This document shows positions 6,459 through 12,330 of a stretch of DNA of 12,330 nucleotides, piece by piece. This stretch comes from an uncultured Fibrobacterales bacterium (GTDB taxonomy: Bacteria > Fibrobacterota > Fibrobacteria > Fibrobacterales > CAWVXU01). The stretch lies in assembly GCA_963934255.1 (NCBI GenBank), contig CAWVXU010000078.1:1-12330 (forward strand). Reading direction: 5' to 3'. Within the stretch, counting starts at the first letter, position 1. The number at the start of each line of letters is the position of its first letter. A program made the position numbers and the translations under genes. The notes below the pieces were generated by a model that had not been told where the DNA came from, did not search any database, and saw only the letters and a program-made list of their open reading frames with translations.

Positions 6459-8836
6459 ATCAGTGGATAGAAGTTCGAGGGGCTAGGACTCATAATCTTA
6501 AATCAATTGATTTGAAGATACCTAAGAATAAAGTCAGCGTGATATTGGGACCGTCTGGCTCAGGGAAGTCATCACTGGCCTTAGACACACTCTATGCTGA
6601 AGGTTCACGCCGGTATCTTGAGTCACTCTCTTTAAATGCACGTCAGGTGCTTGGCGGACAGGCTCACGCTGATGTTGACCAAATTATCGGGCTGAGCCCT
6701 AGTATTGAGTTAAAAGCTCATCAGGTCACTCCTGGGACTCGCTCATCTGTGGGGACTTTGACTGAGATAGATTCACTTTTGCGTACTTTGTTTTTTCAAG
6801 GCGGAGTGTCTTCGTGTCCTCATTGCGAGCTCCCTTTAAAATCATGGACTATTGCAGAAGTCGTAGATGAAATTTTGAGCGCACCAGTTCAGTCCAAAAC
6901 ATTGATTCTAGCCCCTAAAGTGGCTAAAGAATATGAGAAAGACCAGTGGATTGCTCAAGGGATGATTCGAGTTCGTCATCAGGGTGAGATTCAGATGCTC
7001 GAGGACCTTGAATGGGAAAACGAAATATCATTAGAGATTGTGGTCGATCGATTTAAAATTGATGAAAAAAACCGCACGAGAATATGGGAAGCTTGCGAGA
7101 CGGCTTTTGAATTTGGGTCAGGTGTGATGGCGGTTTTGATTGAGGATGAGTTGCATCAATTTTCACAATTTTCTCGTTGTGTGGAGCATGACTATGAACT
7201 GAAATTAAGTTCTAGGCGTAACCTGAGCTTTAACTCGGATTCGGCTTGTACAGTTTGCCTCGGCCTAGGAGAAATTTCTCTAGACGATGGTCGTCGTCCG
7301 ATCAAATGTAAAAAGTGTCAAGGCAATAGGCTGTCTAGTCAGTGGAAACAATTAAAGTATGATGGTTTACATCTAGGAGATTGGAGTCACCTCAACTTCA
7401 ATGAATTAGAAAGTAGGATTCAACTACGCTTAAATGGAAATCATACCGCCAAGTGGGAGCTCCCCATTTTAAAAGAGCTACTAGATCGAGTGGGGCAAGT
7501 CGTCAAGATGGGGTTGGATTACCTTCACCTCTACCGCAGTGCACCTAGTTTATCTGGGGGCGAGTATCAACGCCTTCGAATTGCGACTCAAATCGGATCG
7601 GGAATGAGTGGTGTTTGTTATTTCCTGGATGAGCCACTCAATGGGCTGCATTATAAGGATCAAGAAAAACTTTGGTCTCAACTTCGTGAACTCGCTGCTC
7701 AAAACAACACCTTAGTCTTGGTTGAGCATAGTCGTTTTGCAATTTCTCAAGCAGATTATTTGGTCGAGATGGGACCTGGCAGTGCTCACTTAGGTGGGGA
7801 GTGTCTTTATACAGGTGACTTTAAAGCTTGGCTCAGTAGCGGGACACCCGCTTCCAAAGTATGGTCAAATTATTTACCTGAAGAAAGCTCTAGTGGCCCC
7901 CAGTTTAAACTAGAGTTCAAAAAAACCTATACACTCAAAAAGTCATATATTAAAATTCATGAGCAGTCTCTCAATGTGATTGCTGGCGTTTCAGGTTCAG
8001 GTAAATCAACACTCATGTCAGAAGTGATTTATCCGTTTTTTAAACCCAAAATGGAAACAGGCGAAACACCTTTTAATCAACTTATTTATGTGGATTCTCA
8101 ACCTCTTCGTGGAGGGCGTCGCTCAAGTCCGGCGAGTCTGACTGGGATGATGGATCAGCTTCGCAAACTCTTTGCCAAACTCCCCGAATCAAAGATCCGT
8201 GGATATACAGCGGCGAGATTTAGCCTGAACAAAAAGGGTGGACGCTGTGAACACTGTCTTGGCGAAGGCGTTCAAAAGGTGGAGCTTGGTGTGATGCCAG
8301 ATAGTTGTGATTTCTGTGAGAGTTGTCAGGGGACGGGTTATAATAAACCGACTTTGGAGATTTTATTCAAAGGACATCACTTAGGTCAGCTGCTTAACTT
8401 TGAAGTGACTCAAGCGGCGAGCTTTTTTAGAGATATACCTGAGATGGCTCATATTTTAAGTGTGTTGGAACAGTGTGGTCTTGGGCACCTGAAATTAGGG
8501 ACTAGCTCAAGAGAGCTTTCGGGTGGGGAGATGCAGAGATTGAAGCTGGTTCGTGATTTGAAAAACATAAGACGCTATTCAAAGGCGTTGATATTGTTAG
8601 ACGAGCCTTCAAGGGGATTGTTTTTATCTGAGATAAGTGTTTTACGTGAATACTTTAGTCGTCTCAATAGGGATGGTCATTGTCTTGTCATTGTAGATCA
8701 TCATCCGGATTTGATATTGTCAGCTCACCATCTTATCGAGGTGGGGCCTTTGAGTGGGCCACTTGGTGGTGAGATTATTCGACCGAGTGTCTTGCGTGAC
8801 GACACTCGTCAATGGATTGATAAACTTCTTGATTAA
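6455..8836 (+). CDS. uvrA: UvrA-family ABC ATPase; divergent, shortened paralogue (793 aa) lacking the insertion domain
   Basis: GARTHNLK, GPSGSGKSSLA, AEGSRRYLESLS, LSGGEYQR, LDEP, second Walker A GVSGSGKST, GGRCEHCLGEG zinc finger and LSGGEMQR. ATG at 6455 overlaps the sfsA stop (ATGA). Confidence 0.9.
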   Translation: MNQWIEVRGARTHNLKSIDLKIPKNKVSVILGPSGSGKSSLALDTLYAEGSRRYLESLSLNARQVLGGQAHADVDQIIGLSPSIELKAHQVTPGTRSSVGTLTEIDSLLRTLFFQGGVSSCPHCELPLKSWTIAEVVDEILSAPVQSKTLILAPKVAKEYEKDQWIAQGMIRVRHQGEIQMLEDLEWENEISLEIVVDRFKIDEKNRTRIWEACETAFEFGSGVMAVLIEDELHQFSQFSRCVEHDYELKLSSRRNLSFNSDSACTVCLGLGEISLDDGRRPIKCKKCQGNRLSSQWKQLKYDGLHLGDWSHLNFNELESRIQLRLNGNHTAKWELPILKELLDRVGQVVKMGLDYLHLYRSAPSLSGGEYQRLRIATQIGSGMSGVCYFLDEPLNGLHYKDQEKLWSQLRELAAQNNTLVLVEHSRFAISQADYLVEMGPGSAHLGGECLYTGDFKAWLSSGTPASKVWSNYLPEESSSGPQFKLEFKKTYTLKKSYIKIHEQSLNVIAGVSGSGKSTLMSEVIYPFFKPKMETGETPFNQLIYVDSQPLRGGRRSSPASLTGMMDQLRKLFAKLPESKIRGYTAARFSLNKKGGRCEHCLGEGVQKVELGVMPDSCDFCESCQGTGYNKPTLEILFKGHHLGQLLNFEVTQAASFFRDIPEMAHILSVLEQCGLGHLKLGTSSRELSGGEMQRLKLVRDLKNIRRYSKALILLDEPSRGLFLSEISVLREYFSRLNRDGHCLVIVDHHPDLILSAHHLIEVGPLSGPLGGEIIRPSVLRDDTRQWIDKLLD

Positions 8837-8877
8837 AACAAAAAAGACCCACCAATGGTGAGTCTTTTTTGTTTTAA
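8833..8877. terminator. Bidirectional intrinsic terminator between the convergent uvrA-like and hypothetical genes
   Basis: TTAAAACAAAAAAGACCCACCA-a-TGGTGAGTCTTTTTTGTTTTAA: a 22-bp inverted repeat with one mismatch and A/T tracts on both sides. Confidence 0.9.
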
Positions 8878-8920
8878 AAATCTAAGTCAGAATTTCAAAG
8901 TGTTTGAAATCAGAGAGTGA

Positions 8921-9595
8921 TTACCACTCGTCTCCTTCTTCTTCGTCATCTTCTTCGTCTTCAAGAGCAGAAATGAACTCTTTGACAGTGGTGATGTACT
9001 CATCAGAAGCATCTTCTTTATCAGAGAAGTGATTTAAGACGTCGTCTAATTTTTCAGCTTCTAATAGAAGTTTCATTTGTTTGGTGACGCGGCCTTTGTA
9101 GCCCCAAGTTTGCATTTGCTCAGAAGAAAGATTGAAACAATCTGCAGGCATAAAGAATTTCATATCTTCAGAATATAAAGCAAAAGCCTCAGATAGAGTC
9201 ATACAATCAGGCTCTTTTTGAGATTCCATATCACGCATATAATTATGAATATGACGGGTACGGACATCTTTTACTTTGTCAATACGCATGTATCCAAAAA
9301 TCAAAAATTGACCTTTGAACTCTTCTTCAACACCATCATAACGAGTACCAAAAAGTACATAACGATGTTTGTTTTTAATGATCGAGCTGACCGCACGAGA
9401 GTTTTGGCTAGAGCGAAGTCCATAAGTACGGGTTTCATAGTTAGGCTCATAGAGATTGCCTTTACCTTGCTCGTTCAGTTGGTCGCGTATAGGCGCAACT
9501 GATTGTTTGGAAGTTTCCACATACATTAAAACGCCAGCGTGATCTCCGCGGAAATCTTGCCAACCTTCTAGATTAATTTGTGTAGCAGCAGACAT
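8921..9595 (-). CDS. Hypothetical protein, possible Nmad/PUA-like domain, acidic C-terminal tail
   Basis: 224-aa ORF with an AAGGA RBS. Motif pattern EPNYETRTYG...YVLFGTR...LIFGYMRIDKV. Ends in EDEEDDEEEGDEW. Confidence 0.85.
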   Translation of the reverse strand: MSAATQINLEGWQDFRGDHAGVLMYVETSKQSVAPIRDQLNEQGKGNLYEPNYETRTYGLRSSQNSRAVSSIIKNKHRYVLFGTRYDGVEEEFKGQFLIFGYMRIDKVKDVRTRHIHNYMRDMESQKEPDCMTLSEAFALYSEDMKFFMPADCFNLSSEQMQTWGYKGRVTKQMKLLLEAEKLDDVLNHFSDKEDASDEYITTVKEFISALEDEEDDEEEGDEW

Positions 9596-9633
9596 AATTT
9601 ATCCTTATTTTTAAAGTCTAAACGAGAAAATTC

Positions 9634-9666
9634 AAATAAAATGGGCTTCCATAGGAAAAGGAAGCC
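9634..9666 (-). terminator. Probable terminator after murI
   Basis: On the minus strand: GGCTTCC-ttttcctat-GGAAGCC followed by CATTTTATTT, about 60 nt downstream of the murI stop. Confidence 0.5.
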
Positions 9667-9726
9667 GTGGACTTAAATCTAACAAAACTCTCATTAAAAG
9701 TCAAAACATCGCCTAAATGGTCAAAA

Positions 9727-10635
9727 TTATAGTTTGACTTGAGTCGCCTTAATGGGGTATCCCAGAAAGTGAGAAGCCACCGGATTAAACAAATCAGTGG
9801 TTTCTGTGGTTTGAAACTCAATTTGTGATGAACCATTTAACGAAGCCGGATTGATCTGCTCTATTTTGGATTGAATTTCAGGGTGGCGATCGAGGTAATC
9901 AGCTAACTTGTCAGCCACAACTTTGCCTTGGCGCAAAACTTCCACCTCAGAGTGATTTTGCTTGGCTAGCCAATCTTCAATCTTAAGCTGAAGCACCGGA
10001 TAATGAGTACAAGCGAGAACGAGCTTTTCAATTGAATTTTTGGATATTTCCATACTGCTGAGGTATTTATCAATAAAGAAGTCCGTAGCAGGAGTCTCAA
10101 CTTCACGGTTTTCAACCAATGGCACCCACATGGGGCAGGCTTTTTGAATGACTGTTAATTTGGGTGCGAGCTTCTCAAGTTCTAAGATGTAGGACTCAGA
10201 TTCGACCGTACCGCGAGTGGCGAGTATTCCCACAGTGTTATTTACAGTATCAGTTAAGTATTCGGTCATGGGGCGAATGATGCCGAGGACACGACGATGG
10301 GGTGCGATATTGGGGAGATCAATTTGCTGGATAGTTCTTAAGGCCCGAGCACTGGCTGTGTTGCAGGCAAGTATCACAAGGTGGCAATTTTGCGAAAAGA
10401 GGTATTTCACTGCTTCTAGGGTATATTGGTAAATCGTATCAAATGAGCGAGTACCATAAGGTGCGCGTGCGTTGTCACCAAGATAGAGGAACTTTTGGTT
10501 GGGAAATTTTTTTTGAAGTTCAATGAGAACGGTGAGCCCTCCATAACCAGAATCAAAGATACCTATCGGGCCTGGGCCATTGTCGTTTGAATCAATAGTC
10601 GGAGTTTGAGTTGAGCTTGAGCTAGTCTGAGACAT
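9727..10635 (-). CDS. murI: Glutamate racemase
   Basis: IGIFDSGYGGLTV, GDNARAPYG, ILACNTAS and LACTHYP (both catalytic Cys). ATG at 10635 (MSQT...) is preferred over the ORF-track start at 10683. Confidence 0.97.
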   Translation of the reverse strand: MSQTSSSSTQTPTIDSNDNGPGPIGIFDSGYGGLTVLIELQKKFPNQKFLYLGDNARAPYGTRSFDTIYQYTLEAVKYLFSQNCHLVILACNTASARALRTIQQIDLPNIAPHRRVLGIIRPMTEYLTDTVNNTVGILATRGTVESESYILELEKLAPKLTVIQKACPMWVPLVENREVETPATDFFIDKYLSSMEISKNSIEKLVLACTHYPVLQLKIEDWLAKQNHSEVEVLRQGKVVADKLADYLDRHPEIQSKIEQINPASLNGSSQIEFQTTETTDLFNPVASHFLGYPIKATQVKL

Positions 10636-11533
10636 TGGATTCTCGATTGTAAAAATGTACGCAATAGCCGCCTTCAGTATCACCTAGGTCTTGGGTTTGA
10701 TGATAGACATCTAAAATGACCGCCGATTCGGTATAGTGAGTTTCTCTATAATGAAATAATATATCTGACTCGTCACCATTGATAATATGCTCCAAAGACG
10801 CTTCTGCTAAGCCTGTCCTATATAAGGTCAAGTCAGTGAGCTCATTGCGGTGACAATTAGAGTATTCAACTTTAAGCATCAAAGCATCAGGCTTGAGTAG
10901 GTGATGGAAATTTCGCGCAAACACACGTTGTGTCATCATTTCATCAAAGAGCTGGTCAGGGTTTTCTTCTTCTCGGTGTTCAGGGTCCATCTCTTGAAAA
11001 CGAGCAAGGCTTCTAGCAATCTTGGTGTCTTTCTCATCAGTATAGCCATGTTGATTAAACACATTAAGTAAAGAAATATCTGGAAGTAAATTAGGGAAAC
11101 AGAGGATCAGAGCATCAGCGAGGTGAAATGGGAAATCTTGGAAATTAGGCAAAGCCGTGTGAACTAATCGAATAGACTTACCCTCAGTATCAAAAGCTTG
11201 TTTGGGGCTGACCATCTCAATATCAGCGTTATGGGCCGCAATTTGATTGAGAAGTTCAAGTGAGCCATCCATCCCAATGAAGATGGTATCAGGCAGGAGG
11301 CGCTGTAGGTGAGGAAATAAATGTCCCGCTCCACAAGCGTAATCAATCACAAAATGAGGCTGTTTACCATCTAATTTCATTCGAGCAAAAAAGAGCTCGG
11401 CGATGTTTTTATAGGCTTCTTGATGATCAGCATCAATGGCTCGATTAACCCACCAAGCCCCGACCGGGCTATCGTAGCTAGAAGAGCCTTTCATCAGATG
11501 TTCTTCGAAGTTTGGTTTTTGTGTGTTTTCCAT
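10622..11533 (-). CDS. Class I SAM-dependent methyltransferase, substrate unknown
   Basis: Motif I VIDYACGAGHL, acidic strand 2 IGMDGS, and a LLKPDA...VEY segment. AAGG immediately upstream of the ATG. The stop overlaps the murI start by 14 nt. Confidence 0.8.
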   Translation of the reverse strand: MENTQKPNFEEHLMKGSSSYDSPVGAWWVNRAIDADHQEAYKNIAELFFARMKLDGKQPHFVIDYACGAGHLFPHLQRLLPDTIFIGMDGSLELLNQIAAHNADIEMVSPKQAFDTEGKSIRLVHTALPNFQDFPFHLADALILCFPNLLPDISLLNVFNQHGYTDEKDTKIARSLARFQEMDPEHREEENPDQLFDEMMTQRVFARNFHHLLKPDALMLKVEYSNCHRNELTDLTLYRTGLAEASLEHIINGDESDILFHYRETHYTESAVILDVYHQTQDLGDTEGGYCVHFYNRESNVSD

Positions 11534-11732
11534 ACCTTAATTGTAAAAATTTCATTTATGATGGAGATGGATTCTTTTGGAATGCAAGAAATAAGAATGC
11601 GAAGACTGAAGTTTCTAGCAGATTAAGGTCAAACTGAAGAATACAAATCAAAACAGAAACCTTAAAAGACCCTTAAATCCAACTTAAAACCTTTGAATCC
11701 AACACGCATTTATTAATTTTAAATGGAACATT

Positions 11733-11805
11733 GGGGTTTTAGCTCAGTTGGTAGAGCATTTCGCTGGCAGTGAAAGGGTCAGGAGTTCGAATCTCCTAAA
11801 CTCCA
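11733..11805 (+). tRNA. tRNA-Ala (anticodon GGC), CCA not encoded
   Basis: Full cloverleaf: acceptor GGGGTTT/AAACTCC with the G3:U70 Ala determinant, D arm GCTC/GAGC, anticodon stem TTTCG/TGAAA with loop CTGGCAG (GGC at 11766-11768), T arm AGGAG-TTCGAAT-CTCCT, discriminator A73. Confidence 0.98.
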
Positions 11806-11812
11806 TATTAAG

Positions 11813-11845
11813 AAAGCCGTTTCTATTGCAGAAACGGCTTTTTTG
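11813..11845 (+). terminator. Rho-independent terminator after tRNA-Ala
   Basis: AAAGCCGTTTCT-attgc-AGAAACGGCTTT, a perfect 12-bp stem running into a T tract. Confidence 0.9.
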
Positions 11846-11913
11846 TCTATTATTCCTTTGTACACCCCTCAGGCTGAGAGCCATCAACTTAAGCACACCG
11901 TTTGGAGAACCCC

Positions 11914-12210
11914 ATGGTCGAACAACTATCCCAAGCACAAATTGAAAATTCATTGACCACACTCAATAGTTCTAATCAAGAATCTTGGATAATCAAAGAT
12001 GCTAAGCTCTACCGAGAATTTATCCTCAAAGACTTTATTGCAGCCTTCGGTTTTATGACTCAGGTAGCGATTTTAGCTGAGAAAGCGAATCATCACCCCG
12101 AGTGGTTCAATGTTTACAAAAAGGTTCAAATTTCCCTGACGACTCATGAAGTCGGTGGTTTGTCTTCCAAGGACTTTGACCTAGCAGGTCAAATAAACCA
12201 GCTGATATAA
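11914..12210 (+). CDS. phhB: Pterin-4-alpha-carbinolamine dehydratase (PCD/PhhB family)
   Basis: [29 protein letters not shown] and [15 protein letters not shown] motifs. GGAG RBS at 11904-11907 supports ATG at 11914. Confidence 0.93.
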   Translation: MVEQLSQAQIENSLTTLNSSNQESWIIKDAKLYREFILKDFIAAFGFMTQVAILAEKANHHPEWFNVYKKVQISLTTHEVGGLSSKDFDLAGQINQLI

Positions 12211-12330
12211 TTAATTTGATTTGGGTAGTTTCAATGAAATCAAGGATGTGAATATCAAAAACATAACCGACCCCAAGAGTGCATAGCTAATCCCGCCCCA
12301 TTGAAATAAAAGTCCAGACAAAAGAGTACC
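12211..12330 (-). CDS. arsJ: C-terminal 39 aa of an MFS transporter resembling the organoarsenical efflux permease ArsJ (5' part outside the window)
   Basis: Manual translation GTLLSGLLFQWGGISYALLGSVMFLIFTSLISLKLPKSN*. This fits MFS TM11-TM12, and the GTLLSG..FQ..G...ISL.LP pattern matches ArsJ as I recall it. Stop at 12213-12211. Confidence 0.55.
   Translation of the reverse strand, partial: GTLLSGLLFQWGGISYALLGSVMFLIFTSLISLKLPKSN

Noticed and set aside
6455..8836. UvrA-like gene as a pseudogene or class II UvrA2/DrrC
   Set aside because: The frame is uninterrupted with Walker A/B, signature and zinc ligands retained, and the UvrB-binding region that class II lacks appears present.
8833..8877. 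22-bp inverted repeat as a MITE, REP or IS end
   Set aside because: Single copy, no target-site duplication, and fully explained as a bidirectional terminator between convergent genes.
9218..11626. Small ORFs 9218-9502(+), 9618-9836(-), 10217-10432(+), 11164-11346(-), 11420-11626(+)
   Set aside because: They overlap supported CDSs or a terminator in other frames or strands, with no independent coding evidence.
3581..11913. ORF-track start sites 3581, 6449, 10683 and 11902
   Set aside because: Downstream ATGs (3599, 6455, 10635, 11914) give ATGA coupling, smaller overlaps or a proper RBS.
11744..11962. ORFs 11744-11962(-) and 11748-11945(+)
   Set aside because: They run through the tRNA-Ala gene and its terminator, so they are spurious.
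11733..12330. tRNA-Ala as a genomic-island attachment site
   Set aside because: No integrase, no duplicated tRNA 3' end and no evident composition shift inside the window. It cannot be excluded beyond the edge.
1..12330. CRISPR array, transposase or prophage genes
   Set aside because: No repeat-spacer periodicity and no recognisable mobile-element or phage proteins.

Overview
Bacterial chromosomal window (AT-rich, roughly 40% GC by eye) of mostly housekeeping genes, with no mobile element or CRISPR array. Left to right: (1) a window-truncated minus-strand membrane protein, absent from the ORF track, whose N-terminus resembles the ribosomal L7/L12 C-terminal domain; (2) a purD-purE-tsaC-DUF3108 operon; (3) a putative 8-stranded outer-membrane beta-barrel; (4) sfsA translationally coupled to a short, divergent UvrA paralogue that lacks the insertion domain; (5) a strong bidirectional terminator; (6) a minus-strand hypothetical protein with a possible Nmad-like motif and an acidic tail; (7) a SAM methyltransferase overlapping murI; (8) tRNA-Ala(GGC), a pterin-4a-carbinolamine dehydratase and the 3' end of an ArsJ-like MFS transporter. 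The best candidates for undescribed biology are the SfsA + insertion-less UvrA module, the membrane-anchored L7/L12-CTD-like protein and the Nmad-like protein. Family assignments come from recognising motifs by eye; no searches were run. A Fibrobacterota-like origin is only an unverified impression.
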